Positions 25,569 to 35,795 are shown, counted from the first letter of the stretch. The stretch: 64,000 bases of DNA from Gammaproteobacteria bacterium (GCA_023480665.1 JAMCWR010000041.1:3378-67377), one strand, 5' to 3'. Program-made: numbers and translations. Notes: generated by a model not told the origin, from the letters alone.

Positions 25569-26996
25569 ATGAAAAAACCACTTATCGTTTTTTTCTTCTC
25601 GCTAATTTTTATTTGCAAAAGTGTTTTTGCCAGTATCTCAGACCACGGTCTCAGGTTTAATAGTGGCGAACATATTTTTATCGGCAATGCCATTACGATT
25701 TTTTTTCCAATCCTAGCAAATGGTAGTTATCAATATCAAGATGTTTATGGTGGTCAAGCCGATTTTCGCGCCTGGCTAAATTTACCATTAAAGCAGACCC
25801 TAACTTTTGGCAAGTTGGTGGCAACTCCCGATCTATTTGCTGATCCAAATACGGCAATTTCAGATGGTGCAACTTTAGCTGAACGGTGCGCTATTTTTGA
25901 AAAATGTCTCAATGTATTTTTGGCATCCTCAAAAGAGACACTTGATCAGGTTTTTGCGAATATGGATGATGAAGCAGCATGGGTGGAATTTTATCTGTTA
26001 CGCCATTGGCAGCCCTCCAAAATGTATGAAAAATATGCCAAGATTTTTGTTATCAAATATTTCTTAGCCGTTCCGGCTTCAGCTCAGCTGCAACTCATCG
26101 GCTGGGATCATTTTGGTAAATATGCAACTTTGGCATATGTGGCGGGACATGCTGAGGCTATTAAAGCGGCGGTTGCTGCGCATAACACTAAAGATGCAGC
26201 CGAACAACGCCAAAAGCTAGTTCAAGCATATGCGAAGGAGGGCTACGCTGATCATTTTCTTACGGATAGATTTGCGAGTGGTCATATGCGAACTCCAGAT
26301 AAGGAAATTGCACAAATTCTTCCTAAAGATTTTGGTTCCCAAGCCGTGGCTGCGTTGATCGCAGTTTTGATGCATGATGAAGATAATAAATATGGCTTAA
26401 CTGTTAGCAATCTGCACGGCGATCATTGGATTTCATACGGTGATCGTCGATATCTTGATCACGATGATGCGGCGAATTATGACATTATTCAAAAAGCCAC
26501 GCAGACTTCGTCTGATGAAATCAAGAAAGCATTTCTTACCGGGCTACCAATTCAACCGGAAAATTTCGCTGCACTGCAATTTCTAACCAATTTAGATAAA
26601 TTGAATGATTATTTGGATTATGTAAATAATCAGCATGGAATCGTGCCAATCTTTGCATACGACGCCGCCACAAATGATGTGTTGCGACGACCAGATATTA
26701 ATAAATTACATCCCGATCCTCAATCAATGCCAATTACCAAAGGTTATTTTCTTTCGCATAGCGGTACTAAAGGCTGGAATGAGTGGGAGACTTTGCTTGA
26801 ATTAGAGTTTAATTATCATCCGGAATTATTTGTTAATGTCGATGTAAATGCCAAAAATTACCTGGCTGCAAACGGTAGGTTAAATGCAGAGGGTATGCGA
26901 CTTTTAGCTTCATCATTAAATCTTTTCGAACGTGCAGTCTTTTGTGCTGACAAAACTACAGAGCAGAAGCTGCGAAATTATCTGCAGTGTGAATAA
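25569..26996 (+). CDS. Secreted hypothetical protein with H-x3-D-x5-H motif
   Basis: Signal peptide MKKPLIVFFFSLIFICKSVFA from ATG 25569. The motif HFLTDRFASGH has the H-x3-D-x5-H spacing of zinc PLC / P1 nuclease sites, but other ligands are not evident. Confidence 0.6.
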   Translation: MKKPLIVFFFSLIFICKSVFASISDHGLRFNSGEHIFIGNAITIFFPILANGSYQYQDVYGGQADFRAWLNLPLKQTLTFGKLVATPDLFADPNTAISDGATLAERCAIFEKCLNVFLASSKETLDQVFANMDDEAAWVEFYLLRHWQPSKMYEKYAKIFVIKYFLAVPASAQLQLIGWDHFGKYATLAYVAGHAEAIKAAVAAHNTKDAAEQRQKLVQAYAKEGYADHFLTDRFASGHMRTPDKEIAQILPKDFGSQAVAALIAVLMHDEDNKYGLTVSNLHGDHWISYGDRRYLDHDDAANYDIIQKATQTSSDEIKKAFLTGLPIQPENFAALQFLTNLDKLNDYLDYVNNQHGIVPIFAYDAATNDVLRRPDINKLHPDPQSMPITKGYFLSHSGTKGWNEWETLLELEFNYHPELFVNVDVNAKNYLAANGRLNAEGMRLLASSLNLFERAVFCADKTTEQKLRNYLQCE

Positions 26997-27059
26997 GCTA
27001 TTAACAAAAAATGTCAATGCAAGACCCAACCCCGGAGAGAGAGGATTTTATAGAATTAT

Positions 27060-27324
27060 ATCTTTTTTTCAGCTTACCCACACATTCTGAAAGAAAACCT
27101 TGTTTTTTTAATGATGGTTAATGCCAAATTCGTAAAGAGAATGCGCCAAGTGATATAGCTATTATTAAGAAAACTGTTTTTGAATGTATTGCAGATAATC
27201 AAAAACCAGGCCTAGAATTAGGGCTAATTTAAAAGCTATGCGAAAGTTAGCTGGATGGAACTGGAGTTTTATGCATAGCGTGTTAATAGCAAAATTTTAT
27301 GAGGGAACCCTGCTTGGCGCCTGA
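27060..27324 (+). mobile_element. ISAs1-family transposase 3'-end remnant (right copy, with stop and frameshift)
   Basis: FNDG*CQIRKENAPSDIAIIKKTVFECIADNQKPGLELG, then in another frame LKAMRKLAGWNWSFMHSVLIAKF...*. Compare the recalled ISAs1 C-terminus ...NEDxxRIRxGNAxxNLAxxRHIALNLL...KRxKAGWDxDYLxxVL. Confidence 0.6.
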
Positions 27325-27393
27325 ACAAAGCTTCGCAAATTCGGTTATAACGGTTATAATGCCGGCAACATAAACTTTATCCAGGACAAAAAC

Positions 27394-28554
27394 ATGCAAA
27401 ACTTTACTTATCAAAACCCGGTGCGTATTCATTTTGGCAAAGGAGAAATTTCAAAACTACAAGATGAAATTAGCTCAAAGCAACGCGTTCTACTTACCTA
27501 TGGCGGCGGTAGCATCAAAAAAAATGGCGTATATAAACAGGTAATGGATGCATTAGCTGGGCGCGAAGTTTATGAGTTTTCAGGAATTGAACCAAATCCA
27601 CATTTTGAAACTTTAATGCAAGCGGTAAAAATTGCTCAAGAAAAAAAGATTGATTTTCTTTTAGCAGTTGGCGGTGGCTCGGTAGTCGATGGCACAAAAT
27701 TCATTGCTGCAGCAATAGATTTTAATGGTGACCCGTGGGATATTCTAACAAAACCTGCGCCACTTAAAAGCGCTGTGCCACTTGGCTGCGTCTTAACCCT
27801 ACCAGCAACTGGGTCTGAAATGAATGGCGGGGCAGTAATCACAAAAGCCTCAACAAAAGATAAATTATTTTTTATTGATCCATTAGTTTTTCCAAAATTT
27901 GCAATACTTGATCCTGAAACAACTTTTAGTTTATCCCCAAGACAAACAGCAAACGGAATTACTGATGCTTTTGTGCATGTTTTAGAGCAATATTTAACAT
28001 ATCCAGCTGCAGCATCAATTCAAGATCGATTCTCTGAAGGGATTTTGCTGACATTAATTGAAGAGGGAGAAAAAGTTTTAAAACATCCAAATGATTACGA
28101 GGTAAGAGCAAACATTATGTGGGCAGCAACTATGGCTTTAAATGGGTTAATTGGCGCCGGCGTACCACAAGATTGGACCACTCACATGCTTGGCCACGAA
28201 ATTACCGCATTATTTGGGCTTGATCACGGCCAAACTCTGGCAATTGTCATACCAGCAGTAATGAAATTTCAAGCGCACAAAAAGCGTGAAAAAATTTTGC
28301 AGTATGCAGAGAGAGTTTTAAATATACATGAACAAAACCCAGAAAAAGCGATTGCAAAAGCCATCGCAAAAACACGTGAATTTTTTACTATGCTCGGAGT
28401 TAAAACATACTTGAATGAATATGGAATTAATGCTGACGCAATACCCAAAATTATTGTGCAACTTGAAAAACATGGTATGACCGCTTTAGGCGAGCATGGC
28501 AATATTGATCTTATAGCAAGCGCCGAAATTTTACGGCTTGCACTAAACGCGTAA
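27394..28554 (+). CDS. yqhD: NADP-dependent iron-containing alcohol dehydrogenase (YqhD-like)
   Basis: MQNFTYQNPVRIHFGKGEISKL...LLTYGGGSIKKNGVY...FSGIEPNPHFETLM...LLAVGGGSVVDGTKFIAAA aligns with recalled E. coli YqhD. Confidence 0.85.
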   Translation: MQNFTYQNPVRIHFGKGEISKLQDEISSKQRVLLTYGGGSIKKNGVYKQVMDALAGREVYEFSGIEPNPHFETLMQAVKIAQEKKIDFLLAVGGGSVVDGTKFIAAAIDFNGDPWDILTKPAPLKSAVPLGCVLTLPATGSEMNGGAVITKASTKDKLFFIDPLVFPKFAILDPETTFSLSPRQTANGITDAFVHVLEQYLTYPAAASIQDRFSEGILLTLIEEGEKVLKHPNDYEVRANIMWAATMALNGLIGAGVPQDWTTHMLGHEITALFGLDHGQTLAIVIPAVMKFQAHKKREKILQYAERVLNIHEQNPEKAIAKAIAKTREFFTMLGVKTYLNEYGINADAIPKIIVQLEKHGMTALGEHGNIDLIASAEILRLALNA

Positions 28555-29715
28555 AATTAAAGCACGCATTGCAGCACAGACTTTTTGACAGACATGGATG
28601 TTGTGAATGCAGGCTAAATTTCCATACAATTTTGCATCAACTTTAATTAGATAATGCAGATAAGCGCGAGTAAAATTGCGGCAGGTATAGCAGTCACAAT
28701 CAGGCATAATTGGTGATTCATCATGTGCATAAATTCCTCTTTTAATTAAAATGCGCTGCTTTTCCTCATCACTTTCGAACTTCAACCAACCATCTGTCGT
28801 CTCAACAATTTTGCCACAAAATAACGCACCGTGACGTGCATTGCGCGTCGGCGCTACACAATCATAGATATCAATGCCGGCCCTTGAAACATCGAGCAAA
28901 TCTTGCGGCGTCAGCCCAACACCCATAGTGTAGCGAGTTTTATTTTCAGGGAGCATTGGTAACACCCAAGAAATAATTTCGCAAGTTTTTTCGATATCAA
29001 AACCCACAACTTCACCGCCAAGCGCAATACCATCAAGATCCATTTTTACAATAAACTCAGCGCTCGCTTCACGCAGCTCACGGAAACTACCGCCCTGCAC
29101 AATGCCAAAAAGCGCTTGTTTTAGGCCGTATACTGAATACGGATCTTTTGTATGCTCAAGCTTGGATAATTCAAGCCAACGATGTGTACGTTGCATAGCA
29201 GCAATTGCAGCCTCTTTGCCACCCTCCTCTGGTGTGCACTGATCAAAAGCCATAATAATATCCGCACCAATAATTTTTTGTGTTTGGATGGAGCTTTTTG
29301 CATCAAGAGTAATTAATTGACCGGTAACTGGATGTTTAAAACACGCGCCATTTTCACCTACTTTACAAATCTTACTATTTTTTGACAAACTAAAAATTTG
29401 AAAACCGCCACTATCTGTAAGCATGGGCTTTTCCCAGCCCATAAAACGATGCATGCCACCAACCTTTTGCAGAGTTTCCACGCCAGGCGCACAAAGCATA
29501 TGATAAGTATTACCGCCTAAAATAATTTGCGAACCTGTTTCAACCAATTCAGCCGGTGTTAAATGATTTACAAATGCACGCGTGCCAACTGGCATAAAAG
29601 CCGGCGTCAGAATCTCACCGTGCGGCGTAGTAATTTTTGTAACCCGCGCCGGAAAATTTTTGTGAGTTTTAATTAATTCAGTTTTAAAAATATTGGGCCT
29701 AGTTTGAGTTTGCAT
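28543..29715 (-). CDS. tgt: Queuine tRNA-ribosyltransferase
   Basis: TPAFMPVGT...LGGNTYH...TDSGGFQ...DCVAPTRNARHG...CDCYTCRNFTRAYLHHL-like are Tgt motifs, including the zinc site. Confidence 0.95.
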   Translation of the reverse strand: MQTQTRPNIFKTELIKTHKNFPARVTKITTPHGEILTPAFMPVGTRAFVNHLTPAELVETGSQIILGGNTYHMLCAPGVETLQKVGGMHRFMGWEKPMLTDSGGFQIFSLSKNSKICKVGENGACFKHPVTGQLITLDAKSSIQTQKIIGADIIMAFDQCTPEEGGKEAAIAAMQRTHRWLELSKLEHTKDPYSVYGLKQALFGIVQGGSFRELREASAEFIVKMDLDGIALGGEVVGFDIEKTCEIISWVLPMLPENKTRYTMGVGLTPQDLLDVSRAGIDIYDCVAPTRNARHGALFCGKIVETTDGWLKFESDEEKQRILIKRGIYAHDESPIMPDCDCYTCRNFTRAYLHYLIKVDAKLYGNLACIHNIHVCQKVCAAMRALILRV

Positions 29716-29807
29716 AATTTTAGTTTAGCATTTTTTCTAAAGCTCTACCAAAAAACATGAAAAAAAGTATAATAACAATAATTAAATTAATTACGGAGAA
29801 TTAAATT

Positions 29808-30290
29808 ATGCCATCATTTGACATTGTTTCTAAAGTTTCACTACATGAAATTACCAATGCTATCGACCAAGCAAACCGCGAAGTGCAAAATCGTTTTGAT
29901 TTTAAAGGTACTAACGCACATTTTGAATTCGCTGAAGATAAAATAACCTTGGTTGCTCCAGCAAAATTTCAACTTGAACAGATGCAACCAATTTTAGAAA
30001 CAAAACTCACAAAACGTGGTATTGATTTAAAATGCTTAGAATACGCCGATGCAACTGAAAATCTCAGTGAAGCCAAGCGAGTCATTACTGTGCGCCAAGG
30101 AATTGAGCATGAAATTGCGAAAAAAATTAATAAATACATAAAAGACTCAAATCTTAAAGTCCAATCTTCTATCATGGGCGAACAAATTCGTGTTACAGGT
30201 AAAAAACGCGATGATTTGCAAGCAGTAATTGCCAATTTACGCAAAGGTGATTTTGGCGTGCCACTGCAATTTGAAAATTTTCGGGATTAA
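29808..30290 (+). CDS. yajQ: YajQ-family nucleotide-binding protein (UPF0234)
   Basis: MPSFDIVSKVSLHEITNAIDQANREVQNRFDFKG...IRVTGKKRDDLQAVIANLR...LQFENFRD is nearly colinear with recalled E. coli YajQ. Confidence 0.9.
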   Translation: MPSFDIVSKVSLHEITNAIDQANREVQNRFDFKGTNAHFEFAEDKITLVAPAKFQLEQMQPILETKLTKRGIDLKCLEYADATENLSEAKRVITVRQGIEHEIAKKINKYIKDSNLKVQSSIMGEQIRVTGKKRDDLQAVIANLRKGDFGVPLQFENFRD

Positions 30291-30512
30291 AAAATAAAAA
30301 AATGCACACCGACTAGAACCTACTCAAACTTTGCAATAATACAAAAAATAAGCATCGAGCACGCAAATAGGATTTGCCGGTGTGCGCAGCAAAAATAAAG
30401 CGCAGCTCGAGGGACGAGAGCGAGCCATTTTGCGGAGCATACCGGCAAAGCCTTGCGTGCGGGGTTTGTTAACTTATATATGCTGAAATTGAACCGCTTT
30501 TTATTTCAATCT

Positions 30513-32546
30513 CTATTTTAATCGCATTGCCGAAATAACACTGCCAACTTGATTTAATTTTGCAAGTAAATTTGTAAGCTTTGCTACACTTGAAATTTCA
30601 ATGGTAAAAGCAATTTTTGCTAAATTCTCTTTTTTATCTATTGCCAACTGTAACCCAACCACAGTTATTCCAGCATCAGCAACCACATTTGTGATGTCGC
30701 GCACAAGCCCAGTGCGATCATGCGCAACAACCTCTAAATCTACCGGATATTGTTTCGAAACGCTATCACTCCAAGAGACTTGAATTAATTTTTCTGGACG
30801 GAATTTTTTTGTATGCAAAATATTTGCGCAATCAAAACGATGAATGGAAACCCCATGGCCCAAAGTAATATAACCCACAATTGGTTCGCCAGGTAATGGC
30901 TTACAACAGCTCGCCATTCTAGTTAAAACCTGTTTTAACCCATGAATTTCGATATCTGAAGTTGAGCCCACCCTACTCGGCTTTGTGATAATGTTTGGCT
31001 TTGCTGGCTCTATTTTTGGAGCTTGAATTTGTTGCGCCACAGGCGTTGATGGTTTTTCCGGGAGCAATTTTTTAAACCAAGCAAACACTTTAGCTTTTGC
31101 GCGCGGTGTTTTTAAATAACCTAATGTTGGACTCAACCAATCCCGACTTGGGTGTGCATCTTTCGCCGTTAAAATTTCCACACGATCCGCAGTATTTAGC
31201 TTAAATTTGAGCGACACCATGTTGTCATTAACTTTAGCACCAACACAATGATGCCCAAGTTCTGTATGCACCGCATAAGCAAAATCAAGCGGCGTCGCGC
31301 CTTGTTGCAAATCTAAGATATCGCCAAGTGGTGTAAAAACATAGATGCGATCACTAAAAAGTTCGCGCACAGCCTCAACCGCAGTATCTGTTTTTACAAC
31401 TTCTTTTTGCCAATCCATAACTTGACGCAACCAAGCGATTTTTGCCGCATAATCCGCCGACTGCTTGCCTTCTTTATAAACCCAATGTGCGGCAACACCT
31501 AATTCTGCAGTCTGATGCATCTCTGCGGTACGAATTTGAATCTCGACAATTTTGTTGCCCGGACCAAAAACCGCAGTATGCACCGACCGATAACCATTTG
31601 GTTTTGGTGATGCAATATAATCATCAAATTCATCTGGCAAATACTTCCATGCTGCATGCACTTGGCTCAATGCTGTATAGCAATCAGTAACACTATCAAC
31701 AAAAATCCGCACAGCACTTACATCAAAAATACCTTCTAAGCCAACATTTTTCCGGCGCATTTTTTTATAAATGCTATAGATATGTTTCACGCGACCAGTA
31801 ATCTGCACATTTTTTAAGTGGGAATCAGCCAGAATTTTTTTGATTTCAGTAATAAAGTTTTGAATATAATGATCACGCTCAGGGAATTTTTTATTTAAAG
31901 CACCCAAAATCTCATTATATTTTTCTGGCTCAAGATACTTGAAACCTAAATCTTCAAGCTCCCATTTGAGTTTTGCAATTCCTAGGCGATTGGCAAGTGG
32001 CGCATAAATCGCCATCGTTTCATCAGCAAATTTGCGACGCTCATTTTCTGAAAACTGCGCTACATGCCGCAAATGATGTAAACGTTCAACCAATTTGATA
32101 ATTACCACCCGAATATCACCAGCCATAGCAAGAAGCATCTTACGAATATTATCCAGGTTGTGCTGAAAACTTTCTCTCCCACTTGATAACTTATAAAGCT
32201 CGCCGATGCTTTCCATCTGCATCGCACCTTGAATTAATTTAGCAATTTTAGCGCCAACATGTTCGGTAACGTCGTCGATATTTAAATCTGCATACCTAAC
32301 ACAACTAAACAAAATCCCTGCGGCAATCGTTTCGCTATCAACTAATAAATCATTCAAAATTTCAGCTAAATTTTGGCCATTAGCTAAACATGTTTGCATA
32401 AGCGGAGTAAGTTGTTCGCTGCCCGCAAGATTTGCCAACGCTAATGCTGCGGTAATTACTTGTGGATTATTTTGCTCGCGTACCGCTAAAAAATTTTCTA
32501 GCCAGTCATCAAGATGAAGCTTCGCGTTTTCAGTTGTCATATGCAT
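30513..32546 (-). CDS. relA: RelA/SpoT-family (p)ppGpp synthetase, RelA-like (no HD hydrolase motif seen)
   Basis: Synthetase core (YRSVHTAV...VEIQIRTAEMH...AAHWVYKE), a TGS-like region and a C-terminal ACT-like region. The N-terminal pseudo-hydrolase region lacks the HD dyad. Confidence 0.8.
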   Translation of the reverse strand: MHMTTENAKLHLDDWLENFLAVREQNNPQVITAALALANLAGSEQLTPLMQTCLANGQNLAEILNDLLVDSETIAAGILFSCVRYADLNIDDVTEHVGAKIAKLIQGAMQMESIGELYKLSSGRESFQHNLDNIRKMLLAMAGDIRVVIIKLVERLHHLRHVAQFSENERRKFADETMAIYAPLANRLGIAKLKWELEDLGFKYLEPEKYNEILGALNKKFPERDHYIQNFITEIKKILADSHLKNVQITGRVKHIYSIYKKMRRKNVGLEGIFDVSAVRIFVDSVTDCYTALSQVHAAWKYLPDEFDDYIASPKPNGYRSVHTAVFGPGNKIVEIQIRTAEMHQTAELGVAAHWVYKEGKQSADYAAKIAWLRQVMDWQKEVVKTDTAVEAVRELFSDRIYVFTPLGDILDLQQGATPLDFAYAVHTELGHHCVGAKVNDNMVSLKFKLNTADRVEILTAKDAHPSRDWLSPTLGYLKTPRAKAKVFAWFKKLLPEKPSTPVAQQIQAPKIEPAKPNIITKPSRVGSTSDIEIHGLKQVLTRMASCCKPLPGEPIVGYITLGHGVSIHRFDCANILHTKKFRPEKLIQVSWSDSVSKQYPVDLEVVAHDRTGLVRDITNVVADAGITVVGLQLAIDKKENLAKIAFTIEISSVAKLTNLLAKLNQVGSVISAMRLK

Positions 32547-32643
32547 AATTTTACTTGCGGGGGCCCTGGGGTCAAGTTTAAAATTAAATTAGCTTTCTAC
32601 CTATAAAATTAATCAAAAACCAGCTAGTATTGCTATCAAAATT

Positions 32644-33588
32644 ATGTCAAAAATTATCTTAAAAAACATTGTGCCGGCAGAATTAGCGGAAAAACGCCTT
32701 GATCAGGCGCTAAATCAATTATTTCCTGAATATTCACGCGAACGCTTTAAACAATGGATTAAAGCAGGGTTCGTGCTTGTTGACGGGAAAATTATGCGCC
32801 CTCGCGACAAAGTTTTTGCAAATCAAGAAATAATTATTAAAGCTGAAGCAGAAGTAGAGACAGCGTCTGAGCCACAATTAATTCCTCTTGATGTGATTTA
32901 TTCCGACCAAGACATCATTATCATTAATAAACCGATCGGATTAGTAATGCATCCAGGCGCCGGCTGTAAAAAAAACACCCTCTTAAACGCTCTACTCTAC
33001 CACTACCCAGAATTAGCTAAAGTTCCACGCGCCGGAATTGTACACCGACTCGACAAAGACACATCTGGGTTAATCGTAGTTGCGCGCAATTTAACTACGC
33101 AAACTGCTTTAATTAAAGCCATGCAAAAACGCGAAATTAAGCGTGAATATGTGGCAATTGTTACAGGCACATTAACAGCTGGCGGCAAAATTTCGGCGCC
33201 AATCGGCAGGCATAAAACTAAACGCACATTAATGGCAGTCACAGAAACTGGCAAACCTGCAGTAACTCACTACCGTGTGCTTGAACGTTTTTTAACCCAT
33301 ACTTATTTAAAAGTTATGCTTGAAACTGGTCGCACACATCAAATTCGCGTACATCTCGCACACCTGCATCATCCAATTGTTGGCGATCAGGTTTATGGAA
33401 AAAATAAATTGCTAAAAAATATTAGCCAAGAATTAGCAGCAGAATTAGCACAGTTTAAACATCAAGCCCTACATGCATATCGATTAAGTTTTGCACACCC
33501 CAGCACGCACAAAAATTTAGAATTTTCTGCACCAATGCCCGAAGACATGCAAAATCTCTTAAAAACTTTGCGAGAAAGCTCATCATGA
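32644..33588 (+). CDS. rluD: 23S rRNA pseudouridine synthase RluD
   Basis: S4 domain (RLDQALNQLFPEYSRERFKQWIKAG.VLVDG) and the catalytic HRLDKDTSGL motif. rluD-pgeF synteny with a 4-nt overlap. Confidence 0.9.
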   Translation: MSKIILKNIVPAELAEKRLDQALNQLFPEYSRERFKQWIKAGFVLVDGKIMRPRDKVFANQEIIIKAEAEVETASEPQLIPLDVIYSDQDIIIINKPIGLVMHPGAGCKKNTLLNALLYHYPELAKVPRAGIVHRLDKDTSGLIVVARNLTTQTALIKAMQKREIKREYVAIVTGTLTAGGKISAPIGRHKTKRTLMAVTETGKPAVTHYRVLERFLTHTYLKVMLETGRTHQIRVHLAHLHHPIVGDQVYGKNKLLKNISQELAAELAQFKHQALHAYRLSFAHPSTHKNLEFSAPMPEDMQNLLKTLRESSS

Positions 33589-34337
33589 ATTCTAAAAATA
33601 TGTCGCATTATTTAAAACCGAATTGGCCAGCAGCAAAAAATGTGCATAGCTTCACTACTTTGCGCCATAATGGATATAGCAAAGCACCGTTTGCTGCATT
33701 TAATCTTGGATTTAATACTGAAGATGATCCTGCGCATGTGGCAAAAAACCGCGCGCTTTTACAAAGCGAGTTAAATTTAAAACACGAACCTTTTTGGCTG
33801 GAGCAAAAACATTCTAATCTAGTTGTACTCGCCACCTCCGAAAACTTATCTAAACCGATATGCGCTGACGCTGCTTTCACAACCAAACCAAATCTTGCTT
33901 GCGTTATTTTAACCGCAGACTGCATTCCAATTTTACTTTGTGATAAAGAGGCCACTATTGTTGCAGCTGCGCATGCTGGATGGCGTGGTATTGCTTCAGG
34001 AATTATTGAGAACACAATCGCAAGTATGCAAGTTGCTAGCTCAAAAATTTTAGCTTGGCTTGGGCCGGCGATTGGCCCTGAAAAATTTGTGGTTAATTCT
34101 GATATGCGTGAACAATTTGTAAAACAAAACCCAAACGCTGCGTGTGCATTTAAAGAATATCAGGATCGTTGGCTAGCAGACATTTATACTCTAGCAAAAC
34201 AGCGTTTAACCGCTTGTGGTGTTACAGCAATTTATGGTGGCAATCGCTGCACCTATAGCGAACCTGAATTATTTTTTTCCTATCGCCGTGACCAAGGCAA
34301 AACCGGCCGCAACGCAAGCTTGATTTGGCTGACGTAA
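33585..34337 (+). CDS. pgeF: Peptidoglycan editing factor PgeF (YfiH, laccase-domain protein)
   Basis: ADCIPILL...AHAGWRG... and the C-terminal FSYRRDQGKTGR are typical of the YfiH/DUF152 family. Confidence 0.85.
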   Translation: MNSKNMSHYLKPNWPAAKNVHSFTTLRHNGYSKAPFAAFNLGFNTEDDPAHVAKNRALLQSELNLKHEPFWLEQKHSNLVVLATSENLSKPICADAAFTTKPNLACVILTADCIPILLCDKEATIVAAAHAGWRGIASGIIENTIASMQVASSKILAWLGPAIGPEKFVVNSDMREQFVKQNPNAACAFKEYQDRWLADIYTLAKQRLTACGVTAIYGGNRCTYSEPELFFSYRRDQGKTGRNASLIWLT

Positions 34338-34427
34338 AGCCAATTAAATTTCAGCACCATATATTGAAAGTTATTTTTTCTGGTATAATTTTACAATTAC
34401 TTTTTAAATATTTAACAAGAGAAATTT

Positions 34428-35795
34428 ATGCGAAAACTTTTTTTATGCAGTGTGTATCTATTAGGGGCATTATTCCTTAGCAACTCTTTTGCACAAAGGC
34501 CAATCATCAATCAAAATGATAATACCTCGAGCCTTGCGCCTATGTTAAAAAATGTAATGCCTGGTGTGGTAAACATTCGCGCGCGTGGCGAATTATCGTT
34601 GGCGGATTTGCAAATGTTGAAGAATAAGAAAAAATCGCAAAATTTTAACTTTCCATATCCACCAAAATATGAAGATTTAGGCTCAGGTGTAATAGTTGAC
34701 GCTGAACATGGCTATGTCATCACTAATGCACATTTAATTAAAGACGCACAAGCAATCACCGTTACTTTAAGCGATGGGCGTAGCACCCAAGCAAAAATCG
34801 TTGGTTCTGACGCCGCATCTGATATTGGTATACTCCAAATTAATGCTAAGCGTTTAACTGCGCTCAAATTTGGTGACTCAGATCAACTTAAAGTTGGGGA
34901 TTTCGTTTGCGCCATTGGTAGCCCATTTGGCTTATCCGAAACTGTAACTTCAGGAGTAGTAAGTAGCTTAGAACGTACCAACCTTGGGATTGAAAGCTTT
35001 GAAAATTTTATTCAAACTGATGCGCCGATTAATCCTGGTAATTCTGGCGGTGCATTAGTAAACATGCGCGGTGAGTTAGTCGGGATCAATACTGCAATTA
35101 TTACTGCATCTGCAGTTGGCGGAAGTATTGGAATTGGCCTAGCAATTCCAAGTAACATGGCTAAAAGCGTGATGCAACAAATAATAGAATACGGCCAGGT
35201 AAAACGTGGCATGCTTGGCGTCATTGTGCAAAAAATTACACCGGCACTTGCTGAAACTATGCATCTTTCAACTACAGATGGTGGATTAGTTTCGACAGTA
35301 TTACCCAATACCCCGGCTGCAGCTGCAGGTATAGTGAGCAAAGATGTCATCGTAAAAATTAACGACAAAGCCGTCCACACTGCAACACAAGTACAAAATA
35401 CAGTTAGTTTATCTCGAGCTGGTTCAGAAATAAAAATTCAAGTACTACGCAATAGTCGTTTACTTGATTTGAAAACTACGGTTGGTGACCCAGAAAAAAT
35501 TCAAAAAGCCATGCAAGACACACCAAAACAATTATTACATGGGTTAATGATTCGTGATTTTAATCAACTAGTAAATGGTGAACAAATTAAAGGTGTCGAA
35601 ATTCTATCAGTAGAAGATAATAGCGCAGCATATAGCAGCGGCCTACGCGCAGGTGATGTTATTGTCGCTACTGACAATAAACCAGTTTCCTCAATTGACC
35701 AACTACGCGAAATTGCAAAAACTCATACCTCACAGCTTTTGCTTGAAGTTAAGCGCGGTGCAAATGCCAGTATATTTGTAGCTCTTGAGGAATAA
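34428..35795 (+). CDS. degP: Periplasmic serine endoprotease DegP/DegQ (HtrA family, two PDZ domains)
   Basis: Signal peptide plus the catalytic triad context (TNAHLI, DIGILQI, GNSGGAL) and two PDZ-like regions. Confidence 0.9.
   Translation: MRKLFLCSVYLLGALFLSNSFAQRPIINQNDNTSSLAPMLKNVMPGVVNIRARGELSLADLQMLKNKKKSQNFNFPYPPKYEDLGSGVIVDAEHGYVITNAHLIKDAQAITVTLSDGRSTQAKIVGSDAASDIGILQINAKRLTALKFGDSDQLKVGDFVCAIGSPFGLSETVTSGVVSSLERTNLGIESFENFIQTDAPINPGNSGGALVNMRGELVGINTAIITASAVGGSIGIGLAIPSNMAKSVMQQIIEYGQVKRGMLGVIVQKITPALAETMHLSTTDGGLVSTVLPNTPAAAAGIVSKDVIVKINDKAVHTATQVQNTVSLSRAGSEIKIQVLRNSRLLDLKTTVGDPEKIQKAMQDTPKQLLHGLMIRDFNQLVNGEQIKGVEILSVEDNSAAYSSGLRAGDVIVATDNKPVSSIDQLREIAKTHTSQLLLEVKRGANASIFVALEE

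Noticed and set aside
28543-28554. 12-nt convergent overlap of the yqhD and tgt 3' ends
   Set aside because: It is real in the sequence but an ordinary compact-genome feature. No structure or extra signal is associated with it.
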